Below are positions 41,201 to 53,514 of a stretch of DNA of 64,000 nucleotides, piece after piece. Numbering within the stretch: the stretch's first letter is position 1; each line of letters starts with the position of its first letter. The notes beneath the pieces are model-generated. The model was given only the letters and a program-made list of their open reading frames with translations. It was not told the DNA's origin and searched no databases. The position numbers and the translations under genes are program-made. Where the stretch lies: positions 96,001 through 160,000 of the forward strand of contig CAVQBK010000006.1 in the NCBI GenBank assembly GCA_963710755.1, given 5' to 3'. Origin of the DNA: an uncultured bacterium. GTDB lineage: Bacteria > Oederibacteriota > JAAXVQ01 > JAUVAV01.

Positions 41201-43999
41201 GGTGCAGCTTAGATCAGAGGTGCCATTAAAGGTGGTGGCCACATGGGTGGCATCGGACCAGGCGGTAATGGACACATTGACCGGCACGCCGGCCACCCAT
41301 TGCGACGGCCATGCGCCACCGCTAACCAGTTCCAGGTCAAAGTGGTTCACAGTGAAGGAGGTGATGGTATAGGGCGTCACATAGGTATTGACGCCAGGCG
41401 ATGGATTGTCAATGGTAATCGAGTAATCGGAATCAGCATTAAAGGTCACATCCAATTGGCGCAAGCCATTGAACAAGGAATTGGTTACGTTATGGATGTC
41501 CGACGTATTGGGTGACGTGGTGGTGGTAAAGTTGTCATTGGCATCGGTTCGGATATTCCAGTACAAGTCCGTGGCATAGATGGTGACGGAAAAAGCGTTG
41601 CCTTGTTGCTGTGTCAAGGGTATCCCATTGTACCCTACGCCTGCAAAATAAGTGTTGCCGCTCGAATCGGCACCAGGACGGTAACTAAGGCCCGGTACAA
41701 TGGCAAACATGGTCCTGTAGGTGTTGGGATTAACGGTCATACCCACAGTCTGACCGATATGACCGGTATGGCTGACAGGTGTATCCGTAGCAATGTCGGA
41801 AACAAACAGATAAGCTGTGCCCGTCGCAGTAGTGGCACGATAAATCCTGGTGCCCATGTTGGCCACGCCGGCAGAGAAAGAAGCACCAGGCACGCGCCAA
41901 TTGGCGGTCGAAGAACCGGCCGTATAATTGGAGGTAGCCCCATTGATCTGAATAACACTTTGAGTCGGGCCAAAATAATCAAGGGGCGGGCAGGTCACGT
42001 ATACCGTGTTGCTATAAGATTGTACGTCATTTTCATATTGGTCCTTGGCTCGTATGGACATGGTGAATTGGTTACCAGCCGTCTGAGTAGCCCCGGCGCT
42101 CACTGTTAAATGGTCAAAAGTGGTATTCACTACCGTAAACTGACCTGAGGCTTGATCAAAAGGCGGATTGCCGGCAGGCATATGGATATTCTGGTTGGTC
42201 GTGGCCACGGTCAGCGTAATTTGCGCTGTTCCCTGTCCAGCACTTATACTAATGGGATCAGGGTTGCTGCTGGCAAGGGCATCAGTCACATCGAGATGAC
42301 TGGCTGGATTCCAATCCAAATTAGCACTTTGAGTCACAACCTGATTCCCATAGCCATCAGTAATGTAAACATTAATGCTGACCGGGTTGCCGGCGGTCAC
42401 GTTGTTGGGGGTTCCTGTTCTGCCCCAGGTCCCGCTATGGCGCTCACCAGGCGTGTAAGTCTGGCCGGGCATGACCGTCAAATACCAGAAAGCAGTATTA
42501 GCGGTCACATTAAAGCTTGATGACACTTCATCTGTTACACCGCTTGTTGTATTGCTGATAGTCACTGTATAATTGCTGGCTGCTCTTTTAATATTCAAAT
42601 TCCCAGTATACACACCATTGCTGAAGGCTGAGGAATTAAAGGTTGGCGAAATGGCCCAAGATTCATAAGTATTACTTAAGGTGGTCGTGCCGTATTTGAC
42701 GGTCATAGTGGTCGTTCCCGTAATGGTGTCTACGGCATTGCCCCAAGCATCAACGCCTTTAATGCTCAGCGCAATATTGGATCCGGCTGTATAACTGGAA
42801 GCAAAGGAATTGGAGAATTCAAAACCACCCAAGCTATTTGGGTTAAGAGGAACAATAGTGGAATCAGCTGTGGCCGCACCACTGTGGTTGGCCGTCACCG
42901 TGATGTTGCCGTCTCCCACGGTGTGAAGAACTACGCTGCCAAAGGTGGCCACGCCGGAACTAAAGGCGATGGCTCCGCCACCGCTGATGGTGGGATCTTC
43001 AGAAGATAGGCTGACAGTACCCGTGGCACTGGGCACGGTGTTCCAGTAAGCATCCACCCCGTAAGCGGTCATGGTATAGGCCACGCCTGCGGTTTGGGCG
43101 CTGGGCGTGCCGCTCTGGCCGTCACCGCCAAGAGTACCGGCATAGTGGGTTTCACCGGGCGCCAACAGCAGAAGTTTGGTAAATGAATTGGGATTAATGG
43201 TAAAGGTACCTGTCAGCATATTCACTGCCGGGCTATTGCTTTTGTTTACCCTAAAATCAGCTGAGCTGGTGGCATAGTAAAGGGTGACATAGCCCATGTA
43301 CTTGCCATTGGTAAAATTAATGGTTCCCAAACCTTGACTAGAGGCACTGGTGTCAGATCCGTTGGCACCACCACCAACAGCTGTCAATGTTGCGGAACCA
43401 TGAAAGGCATCGCAGAGTTGGCTGGCATCGCGGGCTTCAATGGTCACTGCAAAAGGCACGCCGGCTGTGATGGTTCCGGGCTTGGTCACTACAAAATTGG
43501 TAATGCGTTGAACATATATGGTATCCGTGTCCCCGCCAATACCGCCCCCGGTCGCAAGGGTAACGCCTACATTGCCGGAAGCTGCTGGGATAAGATTCGC
43601 GGTCACAGGATTAATGGTTCCGCGGTGACAAGCCGACACCCCAGCAAAGCTCTCCGGAAAATTGAAACTAACACTGGGCGAAAAAGTCGCCGAACCGGTG
43701 GTTACACCAAGACTGGACGTTTGCGCACCTTGAGGTTGCGGCAGATAGGTGCTATCATCATAAATATAGAGATTGAGGCTGAAAGTCTCCCCGGCCACTT
43801 GACTATTAGGGCTTCCAAGATTGGGTGCAGAAGACCCGCTGTAAGATTGACCTGGCGCAATGATTAAAAATTTTGTGGCTGCCCATGATGCTGGTGAAAT
43901 TAGAATTAAAAAAGAAAGAAAGAAAAGGTAGGATCTTAGACCTTGAAAGGAGCCCAGTTTTTTATGCATTAGCCTCATTCCTTTCAAATTATTTAACAT
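38294..43999 (-). CDS. Giant secreted Ig-like-repeat protein with T9SS-CTD-like/FlgD-Ig C-terminus
   Basis: Signal peptide (true start may be 43978 or 43969); repeated L.PG...G.P..Q.AG..F...D.(Y/W)(W/G)N modules; C-terminus GVYPNPFNP...IEIYTLLGNLV...WLGKNDSG..IANGGY...KLGVYK. Confidence 0.8.
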   Translation of the reverse strand: MLNNLKGMRLMHKKLGSFQGLRSYLFFLSFLILISPASWAATKFLIIAPGQSYSGSSAPNLGSPNSQVAGETFSLNLYIYDDSTYLPQPQGAQTSSLGVTTGSATFSPSVSFNFPESFAGVSACHRGTINPVTANLIPAASGNVGVTLATGGGIGGDTDTIYVQRITNFVVTKPGTITAGVPFAVTIEARDASQLCDAFHGSATLTAVGGGANGSDTSASSQGLGTINFTNGKYMGYVTLYYATSSADFRVNKSNSPAVNMLTGTFTINPNSFTKLLLLAPGETHYAGTLGGDGQSGTPSAQTAGVAYTMTAYGVDAYWNTVPSATGTVSLSSEDPTISGGGAIAFSSGVATFGSVVLHTVGDGNITVTANHSGAATADSTIVPLNPNSLGGFEFSNSFASSYTAGSNIALSIKGVDAWGNAVDTITGTTTMTVKYGTTTLSNTYESWAISPTFNSSAFSNGVYTGNLNIKRAASNYTVTISNTTSGVTDEVSSSFNVTANTAFWYLTVMPGQTYTPGERHSGTWGRTGTPNNVTAGNPVSINVYITDGYGNQVVTQSANLDWNPASHLDVTDALASSNPDPISISAGQGTAQITLTVATTNQNIHMPAGNPPFDQASGQFTVVNTTFDHLTVSAGATQTAGNQFTMSIRAKDQYENDVQSYSNTVYVTCPPLDYFGPTQSVIQINGATSNYTAGSSTANWRVPGASFSAGVANMGTRIYRATTATGTAYLFVSDIATDTPVSHTGHIGQTVGMTVNPNTYRTMFAIVPGLSYRPGADSSGNTYFAGVGYNGIPLTQQQGNAFSVTIYATDLYWNIRTDANDNFTTTTSPNTSDIHNVTNSLFNGLRQLDVTFNADSDYSITIDNPSPGVNTYVTPYTITSFTVNHFDLELVSGGAWPSQWVAGVPVNVSITAWSDATHVATTFNGTSDLSCTLDHSPTMKVIRPTSITFTNGVWNGQVTVFRANRTPTENNNITVSLGSTQNNSATIRICHNVPTKMLIVEEGGMELFNGLNPDVDPTGELSIQGQPAIQIAGSPITKIDFYLCDDYWNTVTTPAQDANKVITITCTDPFPAQILGVGQFSGGTLSVNLSNGVYQANNSFVLYKVNGSTGQQIGVNLGGYTTYVLGTNKNAVPVKHAAANLDIVSPYDSRTRRFNFIINTSQAAFSSGAAVAGAPFAVTVAAVDCYGNTLNSLNGGVAFGTYTSVNLSANTDISNKSMWPTKMGTLDATKWTEGISYPWIYVYKKVTGGGEFLTAAYDFGAGGRTGVSQNFNVLNNSFARVVAYTTGMSIPDDLGAGGTYVDPTGALYPSTPPPASVNVFNNFGNPSAETAGIHASALRAYTCDIYGNIVKGTPSFNVSLDTSDPYSPPPINKQVDNINGYADFTNTFRFHTKGTQTITFSPTTVTATDGTTPNITVNPGAYYGLQILVPGLTAVEGSGNSGLATGAVQGLPANSWYSGVSGLTGTTYEGNIEVEGIYFAVTVQAVDLFGNFVGSSAPTNSIELRSDDPNSGAEPNSGAFLNDTLSGGRAWFNAQLRSNGLRTLTPYDLTNGSIIDGAESKTVAYLQISQTGLFHYELVINGIRVSDNQTVLVEAHPSTFNVRVEVVHDTLHQIVSLTKQFVLDVYSSISPLTPASGNLSINTSQILNGVCDIPNETYDVAQTIYIRAHDLDAGDLYPVAPGYSPRIDVSASAPSRILMSSDPDNLVEGTTYQVEANHNVPIYAQVLDVNNNYVVDSPVTFDLTANGATTSTLSLTQTATNSTNGTAQTTFIARAENLQHTITAHAGSATGILTMNVTVTGEGGVYPNPFNPLLGQVAHIDYKLDEPADVKIEIYTLLGNLVWTKSIPSDQPGAKRGVNSVSWLGKNDSGVTIANGGYIVLVKVNGKERKRFKLGVYKGN

Positions 44000-44031
44000 T
44001 CTTTTGTAAGCATTATTTACACAACTTGTGC

Positions 44032-44061
44032 ATTATACAAAAACCTTACAAAATATGTCAA
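44032..44061 (-). promoter_or_regulatory. Near-consensus sigma70 promoter for the 43999-29958 operon
   Basis: TTGACA-18 nt-TATAAT. Confidence 0.7.
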
Positions 44062-44254
44062 TTGCTATTTAACTCCATTGTTCTAATAACGGCATATTTT
44101 TTAAAAAATTAACCCCTATTTTTAATCTTGTAATCACCAATAAATAAGCTGAAAAAGATTCTTCTGAGCAGGGTTATGAGATTACGGCACCGATATTTTG
44201 TCACGATGACGTGCCTATTTTTGTTCCATTATTTTTTTTCATCCCCCTCAAAAG

Positions 44255-47200
44255 CTATTTAACAATAAACAGCTTTCCTATTTTTCTCTCGCCATTGGCC
44301 GGCGTGACAACATACAAATATACCCCAGGCACTACCGGCGAACCCTGCAAATTAAAACCATTCCAAGTTTCCCGGGTTTGCTGACTAACAGCTTTATAAA
44401 CCAACTCCCCGGTGACCGTGTAGACGGCAATTTGAGTGTTAAGTGGCAATTGATCGAATTTCACTACCCCACCGACAGCCTTGTTGGGGTTGAAGGGATT
44501 GGGATAAACCACGATCTCCGTGTTGAAGGGCGTGGCCGTGGGGGTCGGCGTGGTGGTGAGGGTAATGGTGGCTGTCACCGTAGGCGTGGCTGTATTAACG
44601 GGTGTATTGGTAGGCGTATAGGTCAAGGTAATGGTTGGGGTCGGTGTGTTGGTGGGTGTGGTTGTATCTGTGGGCGTAAAAGTCGAGGTCATGGTAATGG
44701 TCGGCGTATGGGTGCTGGTTGAGGTCATGGTAAAAGTCGGCGTCATGGTTGGGGTTATGGTCGAGGTATAAGTGGGTGTCATGGTATAGGTCGGCGTCAT
44801 TGTCGGCGTGTAAGTCGAGGTAGGTGTCACCGTGGGTGTCTGCGTAAAGGTCGGTGTCATGGTCGGCGTCATGGTATTGGTGGAGGTCGGTGAATGAGTA
44901 GACGTAGGCGTGGCGGTGTTGGTATTGGTCGGTGTCGGTGATGAAGTCAGGGTCACGGTGGGCGTGGCCGTGGGTGTGGACGTCACGGTGGGGGTATGGG
45001 TAGCCGTGGCCGTAAAAGTCGGTGTATGAGTGGGCGTCGCGGTAGAGGTCGGGGTGTTCGTCATCGTCGGTGTGGCCGTTGGCGTCACCGTCGCAGTATT
45101 GGTCAGGGTAATGGTGGGTGTATGGGTCAAGGTGGCTGTGGGGGTGGTGGTATAAGTGGGGGTGGTGGTAATGGTGGATGTCGGAGAATGAGTCGAGGTG
45201 GCGGTTGGCGACGCGGTGCTGGTGCTGGTGCCCGTCGGTGTGTTGGTTGGCGTGGACGTAGGTGTATTGGTCGGTGTATGGGTAGCTGTACCGGTGGATG
45301 TTAAAGTGGGTGTCCTGGTCATGGTGGAGGTGGGTGTAATAGTGGAGGTCGCTGTATCCGTCATGGTCGAAGTTGGCGTAATGGTGGGTGTAAAGGTTAG
45401 GGTAATGGTCGGTGTCGGCGATACGGTAAAGGTCACGGTGCCCGTAGTGGTTGGCGTAGCCGTGTAAGTCTGTGTCACAGTCGGTGTATTGGTCAAAGTG
45501 ATGGTGGGCGTGGGCGTGGCGGTCAGGGTTACAGTGAATGTACCCGTAGGCGTACACGTCGAGGTTTCGGTAAAGGTTGACGTCGGGGTAACCGTGCTGG
45601 TGAAGGTAGGCGTGCTGGTTGACGTCGGCGTGGCGGTGGATGTCAGGGTGGGCGTGGCAGTGGACGTATGCGTTCCCGTAGGCGTACTACTGGGCGTACT
45701 GGTTGGCGTCGTAGTAGGTGTAAAGGTGGCGGTGGGCGTAGCCGTCTGCGTGGGGGTGCCCGTATGGGTTGACGTCGGCGTTTCGGTTGAGGTGGCCGTG
45801 TAAGTAATGGTGGACGTGGGACTGTTGGTGGACGTGGCAGTAGGCGTAACCGTGAACGTCGGCGTCCAGGTTTGGGTGAAAGTACCGGTGGCTGTTGGTG
45901 AAGCCGTGAAAGTCGGTGTCACGGTCGGGGTCTGACTGGGCGTGGCGGTACGGGTATGAGTATAGGTGGCTGTAGGCGTCACGGTCGGTGTATGGGTTGA
46001 GGTATACGTTGCCGTCGGCGGAATACCAACAATAACATTATTGGAAGTACCGGTAATGGTGCTCTCGCTGGTATCCGTGCCGGTAATGGTATAGGTCCCT
46101 TGGGTGTTCATAGTAGCGCTGAAGGTCTTGATCCCGGCATCGCTTAATTGGAAAGTATAATTTGACGGCAGATTGGCTGTCCCGTCCGTAGAACTAAAGG
46201 TAATGATGCCGGTGTAATTCCCCACCGTGGTACCAAAGCCGTCACGCACGCGGACCTGGAAGTTAAAGGGCCAGCCCTGCATGGCATTGGCGGGACCGGT
46301 AATGGTATAGGAAATATTGGGTATGGTGGTGATTGCCGCCGAACTGCCGCTGGCCGTGGGATTGTTGGAGGTCACGGTCACCACATGGGAAACGCCGTTT
46401 TGTAACAAGGTGGTGAGCGTGGTAACGGCCTGTCCATTGGCATCGGTAGAGGCCGTCAAAGGCGCCAGGGAGCCGTTGGTGGTGGAGAAGCTCACGGCCA
46501 CGCCGGAGGTGGTAATGGAATTGCCGTCCTGGTCAATAAGCTGGGCGGTCACGCTCACCGTATTGCCCGAGTAAACATCCTGAGCATCCACAGGATAGAC
46601 CCTGAAGAAATAACCAGTGGACACCGTAACGGCATCAGTGTCATCCACCAAAGTGGCTGAGTGGCCGGTCACGGTATAGGTTTGCGGATAATGATTGCGG
46701 ATCAGCACTTCTGCATAACCGCCGGCATCTAAAGTGGCGGTCACGCTATGGTACCAGTTGCTGCCACCATCGATGGAAAATTCCATGGTCTCCCCTTGCG
46801 TGGAATGCTGGGTGGAATAGAGCAGCACATCCTCCGAACCCGATGGCGGCGGTGCGTAATAGGTTTGGGAACCTGACGTATAAATGGAACGCACATAGAG
46901 CGTGCTAGGTTGATCAGCGGCAATGGACTTGGGATTGGGCAGCAGCAGTACTTCATCGGCCTGGTTGGATCCGGACACGGTCACGGTGAAAGATTGCAGG
47001 CCCGTGGAGCTGGCAATGGCATAATTATTCCCTGCCTGAGTGCTGGTGATTAGGTAAGAAATGGCCAACCCGCTGCCATCGGTCAGACTGCTGGCAGGGC
47101 TCATGCTCGCACTGCCATTTTGCGCCGTGGCACTCCAGGTAACGGTCACATTGTCAACTGGATTACCATAGGCATCGGTGACTTTGGCGGTGATGGTGGT

Positions 47201-50200
47201 GGAGGCGCCTGCCGGAGAAACGGAACTCAAGGCCGACCATGCAGTTAGAATCGCCTGGGCGGCTGGTACAATAGTGGCGTACCCTACCCCATTGGTCATG
47301 CCGGTAGTATTGTCATGGGCCGTGATGGTCACACCGGAAGCCGCCATGGTATCGTAGTACCAAATATAGGCGTGCCCATTGGTCAGGTTAAAGGACGTAG
47401 AGCTATACCAGTGCGCCCCTTCGTCCTTGGAGAAACGCATGGTGGTTGATGCCGAAGAAATGGACACATTGGCTGTGGAATAAGTATTGTCGTCACTGCT
47501 GTCTCTGGCCTGGATGGTCAGGACGCTGTGTACTCCTGCGGTAACGGTCTCCGACGGCGGTTGGACAGACAGGTGATCACCGGGCGTGTTGTTCACCTGG
47601 GCATGACTGATATCATCGGTCAGGCCGTCCGAATCGGCTGTAATGGTCACATAACCGGCTGAACTATCCTTGAAAAGCAGATTAACCGGCGCCAGCGGTG
47701 TAATCAAAATCTGACTGTACCAATTACTGCCATCGGTGGAGAAGGCACCAGTGCCGGAGGAAGCCGTCAGGGTAACACCCCGGGCATCGGACACAAAGTT
47801 GTTGTTGCTATCCTCATATTGAATAGTGAGCAGGGCGCTCTGATTGGTAAGCACGCTGAAATCTTCCGGATCGATAGCCACGTGATTGGCCCCGCTGGCA
47901 TCAAAGTTGACATTAAGATATTTGATGAAAGGACCGGCTTGGTATTGGACCTGGGTGGAACCAGCAGCCGTGGATTTGACCGCGGCGCCCGTCACACCGC
48001 TCGTGTTGGTCTTGGGCACCAGTTCAGGCGTAATAATGCCCCAATCCACCGTGTCCTGCAGACGGCTGGTGGAAAAATCGACCAAGGCATAACGTACGGC
48101 CGTACTGTTATCAGCAGCTGTCATGGTTACCGACAGATAAGACTTGCTGCTGTTGTCGGCCGGAATGCCGCTGTCGGGAATAGCGGAAACATCGAAATTT
48201 TTCGTAACAAATACCCAGTTATTGGTGGGCGTCACCGAACCGCCGGCCCAGGATGTGCCGGTCTTGCTCCCACCATTGCATTGGGCGGATATACCGCCGC
48301 GCGGCAAGGCATCATCATCGGCAAAGACATTCTGCAAAGTTGCCCCTGACGAATTGGTAAAACGGATATTGTCGTAATAAGCATTGAAGGTGCCCTGGCG
48401 GTTGGAGGGCGCACCGTTCCATCCCCTGTTGCCTGTATCCTGCGATAGGTAAATGAAACGATAAGTCGGATAATCGGCCACCATGGAGCCGATGTCAAAT
48501 TTCCTGTGATACCAACGGCCGTTGGCATAATCGCCTACATAGAAGGACGGATGAGCCCGGATGCCGTTCTGGTCCACAATATAGGTTTGGGTGCTCTCAC
48601 CATAATCGCGCATGGTAAAGCCATTCCCTACAATATCCAGACCAGTATAGAAAGACGCCGACTGAGAAGGTATATACACATCGTATTCCAGATAAGCCGT
48701 ACCCACGGGATAGGAAATATTGGAACCACCATTGCCTTCGATCTCCACATAAACATAGCTGTATTCCAAAGCCGTGGGCAGATAGGAAGTCAGCAGCAAG
48801 GGTTGGGAATACAAGGAAGCGCCGGAAAGCACGTTCACATCCGCGCTGCCGGTAATGGTGTTGGCCGAGGCATCCTTGACCCAAATGGTTTGATCAGTAC
48901 CTGTCGGTGTACCTGTATTCAGGGTCAACGAGAAAATACGGGTGCCGTAATCAGTAACCTGATAAGTATAATTGGACGGCAGGGCCGCTGCGCCGTCGGA
49001 AGCCGTAAACGTCACGGTACCGTAATAGTTGGTCACTGTATTGTTGAACTGATCCTTGGCCGTCACCTGCACGGTAAAGGGCTGGCCGGCATTGGCATTG
49101 GCCGGGGCTTGAATGTCAAAATGATCGATGCTGTTGCTGCGAACCGTAATATTATTGGACGTGCCATTGACATTGGAGTCCACGGTATCTGTGGCCGTGA
49201 CGCTCTGGGTACCGGTGGTGTTCATGGTCACATTAAAGGTGGCCACGCCCTGGTCGGAAGGCGTGAAGGTGTAGTCACTGGGCAGATCGGCCATCACGTC
49301 GGTGGCGGTAAAATAAATGGTGCCCGTATAACTGCTGGCCACATTAAACCATTGGTCAATGGCCGTCACGTCTACTGTAAAATTTTGTCCTGCCCAAGCC
49401 TGGGCCGGCGCGGCGATGGTAAAGGCGATGGGTGTACCGCCGGCCACATTGGTGTTGTCCGAGCCATTCAAGCTACCCGTAACCGTATCAGTGGCCGTCA
49501 CGCTCTGTACACCGGCCGTCCTAAAGGTCAAGCCGGTAAAGAAATGGCTGCCGTTGTCCAGGGCGGTAAACGTGTAATCCACGGGCACGGTGCTCTGGCT
49601 GTCTCCGGAAGTAAACGTAATGGTGCCGCGATAAGCCGAAGAAGGACTGCCCCATTGATTGAACACGGTCACCGTGACACCAGTGGCAATGCCCGCCACG
49701 GCCGCATCGGGCGCGTCCACCACCATACTGACAACTGCTTCCGTCGGTGTTGCCGTGGGGGTGGCCGTAGAAGTTGAGGTCGGCGTGGTCGTAAAAGTAC
49801 CGGTTGCCGTGGCGGTTAATGTAGGCGTATGGCTAGGCGTGGGTGTATGGGTGCTGGTCGCCGTGGGCGTAATAGTCGAGGTAAAGGTGCCGGTTGGCGT
49901 TATGGTGGAGGTCGGTGTTCTGGTCGGTGTGTGAGTGGCGGTAAATGTTCCCGTAGGTGTGGTGGTGTTGGTCGGTGAATGAGACGGCGTACCCGTGGAC
50001 GTTTGGGTGGCCGTGGGCGTTACCGTGGCGGTCGGTGTATGGGTAGGTGTACTTGTATAAGTCGGTGAATTGGTGGGGGTGGCGGTTGGGGTGGACGTCA
50101 AAGTCACCGTAAACGTCGGCGTGGCTGTACGGGTGGACGTGGGTGTGATCGTGGGCGTCACCGTAGGGGTAAAGGTAGGTGTGAACGTCGGTGTATTGGA

Positions 50201-53200
50201 GGCCGTGCCCGTGGGACTGATGGTGGATGTAGGTGAAGCGGTCCCGGTAAAGGTACTGGTAAACGTCGGCGTGACCGTAGGTGTAGGGGAATGCGTTTTT
50301 GTAACCGTAGGCGTTACGGTGGGGCTGAAAGTAGACGTCGGTGTTATGGTAAACGTCGGGGTGTTGGTTGCCGTATGGGTTGGCGTATGGCTGCTGGTAG
50401 GCGTGGCGGTATTTGTCGGCGAATGGGTCGGTGTGGGCGTACACGTCTGCGTGGCTGTCTTGGTAATCGTCGATGTGGGTGTTGCCGTAGGCGTGGCGGT
50501 AAAGCTGGGTGTGGCGGTGGACGATGAAGTAGGCGTGCCGGTTAGGGTCGCCGTATTGGTCGGTGTATGGGTATAAGTAAAAGTCGGAGTAATCGTGGGT
50601 GTGGCCGTCGGTGTATTGGTGCTGGTGGGTGTTGGCGTCGCGGTTAAGGTAATGGTAGGTGTAGCGGTTGGTGAAAAAGTGGACGTCGGCGAATGAGTGG
50701 AAGTGGAGGTCGGCGAACGTGTGCTGGTATGGGTCGGGGTCACGCTGGGCGTGGGTGTAAAAGTCGACGTCGGCGTGGCTGTTGACGTAAAGGTTTGTGT
50801 GATTGTTGGTGTATAAGTTGGCGTCATGGTGGGTGTGGGCGTATTCGTACAAGTATAGGTGGGCGTCATCGTATAGGTGGGTGTCATACTGGGCGTATCG
50901 GTAAAGGTGGGCGTGGCCGTATTGGTGGGGGTCATGGTATAGGTAAACGTCGGGGTGACTGTTGGCGTCGGCGGCATAAAATATTCCAAGGTTAATTGCT
51001 GTAGCCTTGGTGAAAAATCAACATTAAAAGAATTCAGGACAGCCTTCCAGCGCAGGTCATTTCCCCGGTCGACGCCATTGAAAATAGTGGCACTGCCGAT
51101 ATTAGCCGATTTCCAGGTGCTGCCGCCATTGGCTGACAAATAGTAATCAATCTGCTGACCGTTGAGCATTTCAATGGGTGTCAAAGTGACGGAATAAAAA
51201 AAGCTTTGCGTGGTGGCCAGGGTGGTGGACTGGGCAGTCCCTGGCGAAAGGTAAGCAGGACCGTATTTATTAACCCGGCCTTCACTGCCTCCCATCAACC
51301 AATATTCACTGTTCCAGGCCATACCGCTGATGGACGATGTGCCATAGGCCACCAGGCTGTTGGACCAATCCTGAGCCAGGCTCCAATTGTAACTGTTTAA
51401 TTTGGCATGACTGCCGGCGATGAACCAATACTGGTTGCTTTGGTCATAGGTCACGGCATTGACGATTTCACCGGCGAACCCGCTTAGGTTGACCAGAAAG
51501 AGCCATCCCATATCTTTGTCATAAATACGAACACGTTGCGGCGTGGAGGAACCGCCGATCATGAAGCGATGGAATCCCCCTACTGACGCATAATCAATGG
51601 CATTGATGTCGGAAAAATAGGACGATTGATCCAAATTGACAAAAGTGGATCCATCGTACTGCACCAGTTTGCCGCTGCCACCGCCGATCATCCACACACC
51701 GCCGCCACTGGAGATGGCTTTGACATCATCGGAAGATCCAAAATAAGATGAAAGGTTAAGATTGTTAAAACTGGAACCATTATAGGATGCCAATTGCCGA
51801 TCCGTACCGCCGATCAACCAACCGGTGCCATCCCAGTGAATGGACAGGATGCTGCCGGAGAACCCCAGGCTGGAACTCAAATCGGTCATGGTGGTGCCAT
51901 TATAAGAAACCAGTTTGCCGTTGCTGCCGCCAATCAGCCAAATAGAACCATTACCGTCAATGGCCTTGACATTGGCTGTTCCCCAACTGGTGCTGCCGAA
52001 AGCGGTACTCTTATCAATAAATGACACACCGTCATAAATATTCAAGGTAGCGCTGTCTCCGCCCAGAACCACTTCATTATTGTCATTAACGGCAATGGCA
52101 TTAATCAGCCTGGTACCCATATCTTTAAGATTGTTCGATTCGTCAGCATAGCTGGTACTGTTCACCGAACCACTACGGCTGTTAAGGCGTGCCTGTTCCC
52201 CGCCCAACAACCAGCCGCTGCCGCTGTCGCCATAGGCTGTTATATAAAGTGGTTGATCGCTTTTAAAGCCCACCAGACTGCCGGACTGGTTATACCAGGT
52301 GCTGCTGCCGTCATAGGTATAAACAATGGGCGCCAAGCCGGTGCCATTGCCCACAATCATCCAAAAATGGTTGTCCGGATCATAATCAAGCGAAAAGATG
52401 GTGGTAAGTTGGCTAACATGGGAGGACAAGTCCGTAATGGTACTGGCACCGTCGAAGCTTACCAATTTACCACCAGTACCGCCGACCAGCCAGCGGCTGC
52501 CGTCCCACTCTAAGGTGCGTACGATATTAGTTCCAAAAGCACTGGCCCGCACCAGGGAGCTCAAATCCGTAAACGCCCCGCCCTGGTATTTGACCAATCC
52601 GCCATTGTCAGCACCAATGAGCCAATAAGTACCATTATAACCAATGGCATAGGCGTTGGTGGTGTTGGCAAAATAATTGGCGCTGCCCGCCAAACTGGTA
52701 AAGCTGCCGTCATACCGGTTAATCTTGCCGCCGTTTCCCACAATGAGCCAGAAATCTTCGGTGCCATCACCATGGCGGATGGCATTAATATCTTCACTGA
52801 CCCAGTTGACCAGGCCTGAAGAAAGATCGGTAAAGGTGCTGCCATTGTAGGCGTTTAATTTCTTTCCGCTTCCTCCAATCAGCCATGTGCCGCTGTTGTA
52901 CCAAATAGAGGTAATCAAGCTGGTGGTAAAACCCGAAAGGTCCGGCGATAAGTTGGTCCAGGTGGTGCCGTTATAGCTGTTGAGCTTGGCGCCGGCGCCG
53001 CCGATAAGCCACTGGCTGCCATTGTAATGAATGGCCCGTATTTGCCCGCCCCAATTATTCAGACCACCGGGCTGGGAAAACTGATAATGGGCATCCAGCC
53101 GTACTTCCCCCAAAGCTGTATCCCAGTTGGCATCCGTATTGAGGGTATCTTCAAAATTGTTGTTGCTGAAAGTTTCGGTATGGACAAAAGCCCAACTTGG

Positions 53201-53266
53201 TAGGGCAGCGACGAAGGTCAGCATGAACATCATCAAAAACAGTTTTGTTTTTTTCATGGATGTCAT
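44255..53266 (-). CDS. 3003-aa surface protein: double beta-propeller, Thr/Pro stalk, Ig-like repeats, second Thr/Pro stalk, CTD
   Basis: Signal peptide; 14 WLIGG-type repeats; TPT tracts about 49740-50970 and 44530-46020; Big/invasin-like repeats ([18 protein letters not shown]); C-terminus VYPNPFNP...[10 protein letters not shown]...WNG...PGVYLY...GKLFIVK. Confidence 0.85.
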   Translation of the reverse strand: MTSMKKTKLFLMMFMLTFVAALPSWAFVHTETFSNNNFEDTLNTDANWDTALGEVRLDAHYQFSQPGGLNNWGGQIRAIHYNGSQWLIGGAGAKLNSYNGTTWTNLSPDLSGFTTSLITSIWYNSGTWLIGGSGKKLNAYNGSTFTDLSSGLVNWVSEDINAIRHGDGTEDFWLIVGNGGKINRYDGSFTSLAGSANYFANTTNAYAIGYNGTYWLIGADNGGLVKYQGGAFTDLSSLVRASAFGTNIVRTLEWDGSRWLVGGTGGKLVSFDGASTITDLSSHVSQLTTIFSLDYDPDNHFWMIVGNGTGLAPIVYTYDGSSTWYNQSGSLVGFKSDQPLYITAYGDSGSGWLLGGEQARLNSRSGSVNSTSYADESNNLKDMGTRLINAIAVNDNNEVVLGGDSATLNIYDGVSFIDKSTAFGSTSWGTANVKAIDGNGSIWLIGGSNGKLVSYNGTTMTDLSSSLGFSGSILSIHWDGTGWLIGGTDRQLASYNGSSFNNLNLSSYFGSSDDVKAISSGGGVWMIGGGSGKLVQYDGSTFVNLDQSSYFSDINAIDYASVGGFHRFMIGGSSTPQRVRIYDKDMGWLFLVNLSGFAGEIVNAVTYDQSNQYWFIAGSHAKLNSYNWSLAQDWSNSLVAYGTSSISGMAWNSEYWLMGGSEGRVNKYGPAYLSPGTAQSTTLATTQSFFYSVTLTPIEMLNGQQIDYYLSANGGSTWKSANIGSATIFNGVDRGNDLRWKAVLNSFNVDFSPRLQQLTLEYFMPPTPTVTPTFTYTMTPTNTATPTFTDTPSMTPTYTMTPTYTCTNTPTPTMTPTYTPTITQTFTSTATPTSTFTPTPSVTPTHTSTRSPTSTSTHSPTSTFSPTATPTITLTATPTPTSTNTPTATPTITPTFTYTHTPTNTATLTGTPTSSSTATPSFTATPTATPTSTITKTATQTCTPTPTHSPTNTATPTSSHTPTHTATNTPTFTITPTSTFSPTVTPTVTKTHSPTPTVTPTFTSTFTGTASPTSTISPTGTASNTPTFTPTFTPTVTPTITPTSTRTATPTFTVTLTSTPTATPTNSPTYTSTPTHTPTATVTPTATQTSTGTPSHSPTNTTTPTGTFTATHTPTRTPTSTITPTGTFTSTITPTATSTHTPTPSHTPTLTATATGTFTTTPTSTSTATPTATPTEAVVSMVVDAPDAAVAGIATGVTVTVFNQWGSPSSAYRGTITFTSGDSQSTVPVDYTFTALDNGSHFFTGLTFRTAGVQSVTATDTVTGSLNGSDNTNVAGGTPIAFTIAAPAQAWAGQNFTVDVTAIDQWFNVASSYTGTIYFTATDVMADLPSDYTFTPSDQGVATFNVTMNTTGTQSVTATDTVDSNVNGTSNNITVRSNSIDHFDIQAPANANAGQPFTVQVTAKDQFNNTVTNYYGTVTFTASDGAAALPSNYTYQVTDYGTRIFSLTLNTGTPTGTDQTIWVKDASANTITGSADVNVLSGASLYSQPLLLTSYLPTALEYSYVYVEIEGNGGSNISYPVGTAYLEYDVYIPSQSASFYTGLDIVGNGFTMRDYGESTQTYIVDQNGIRAHPSFYVGDYANGRWYHRKFDIGSMVADYPTYRFIYLSQDTGNRGWNGAPSNRQGTFNAYYDNIRFTNSSGATLQNVFADDDALPRGGISAQCNGGSKTGTSWAGGSVTPTNNWVFVTKNFDVSAIPDSGIPADNSSKSYLSVTMTAADNSTAVRYALVDFSTSRLQDTVDWGIITPELVPKTNTSGVTGAAVKSTAAGSTQVQYQAGPFIKYLNVNFDASGANHVAIDPEDFSVLTNQSALLTIQYEDSNNNFVSDARGVTLTASSGTGAFSTDGSNWYSQILITPLAPVNLLFKDSSAGYVTITADSDGLTDDISHAQVNNTPGDHLSVQPPSETVTAGVHSVLTIQARDSSDDNTYSTANVSISSASTTMRFSKDEGAHWYSSTSFNLTNGHAYIWYYDTMAASGVTITAHDNTTGMTNGVGYATIVPAAQAILTAWSALSSVSPAGASTTITAKVTDAYGNPVDNVTVTWSATAQNGSASMSPASSLTDGSGLAISYLITSTQAGNNYAIASSTGLQSFTVTVSGSNQADEVLLLPNPKSIAADQPSTLYVRSIYTSGSQTYYAPPPSGSEDVLLYSTQHSTQGETMEFSIDGGSNWYHSVTATLDAGGYAEVLIRNHYPQTYTVTGHSATLVDDTDAVTVSTGYFFRVYPVDAQDVYSGNTVSVTAQLIDQDGNSITTSGVAVSFSTTNGSLAPLTASTDANGQAVTTLTTLLQNGVSHVVTVTSNNPTASGSSAAITTIPNISYTITGPANAMQGWPFNFQVRVRDGFGTTVGNYTGIITFSSTDGTANLPSNYTFQLSDAGIKTFSATMNTQGTYTITGTDTSESTITGTSNNVIVGIPPTATYTSTHTPTVTPTATYTHTRTATPSQTPTVTPTFTASPTATGTFTQTWTPTFTVTPTATSTNSPTSTITYTATSTETPTSTHTGTPTQTATPTATFTPTTTPTSTPSSTPTGTHTSTATPTLTSTATPTSTSTPTFTSTVTPTSTFTETSTCTPTGTFTVTLTATPTPTITLTNTPTVTQTYTATPTTTGTVTFTVSPTPTITLTFTPTITPTSTMTDTATSTITPTSTMTRTPTLTSTGTATHTPTNTPTSTPTNTPTGTSTSTASPTATSTHSPTSTITTTPTYTTTPTATLTHTPTITLTNTATVTPTATPTMTNTPTSTATPTHTPTFTATATHTPTVTSTPTATPTVTLTSSPTPTNTNTATPTSTHSPTSTNTMTPTMTPTFTQTPTVTPTSTYTPTMTPTYTMTPTYTSTITPTMTPTFTMTSTSTHTPTITMTSTFTPTDTTTPTNTPTPTITLTYTPTNTPVNTATPTVTATITLTTTPTPTATPFNTEIVVYPNPFNPNKAVGGVVKFDQLPLNTQIAVYTVTGELVYKAVSQQTRETWNGFNLQGSPVVPGVYLYVVTPANGERKIGKLFIVK

Positions 53267-53514
53267 CCTCTTTTTGTGCCTCTCCCCCGCTTAGTAAGTT
53301 CTTGTTACCGACCGGTTGTTAAACCAAACCCCACAGGCGGCTTTGAAAAAGCTACTTGCTTGGTACCGACATGCCTTTACCCGCCTCGACAAACCAGCAG
53401 ACGCCCAAGGGGTTGCCCGGCCGCTTGTTAGTGTCGGCTGCCGGGGAACCAGGGTTTATAGCTTCATCTTGAAAAAGTCGTCATCCGCGGGACGTATACG
53501 CGCCCCGGCGTGTT

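Noticed and set aside
48506-49777. 423-aa plus-strand ORF
   Set aside because: Entirely antisense to a convincing CDS, with no recognisable motif; explained by codon bias. The same applies to 11156-11974, 17422-18162 and 33713-34639.
44378-50995. Val/Gly-rich, Arg/Gly-rich and His/Tyr/Asp-rich ORFs (e.g. 44595-45557, 49833-50852, 50070-50576)
   Set aside because: Shadow frames of the Thr/Pro repeat codons inside the 3003-aa gene.
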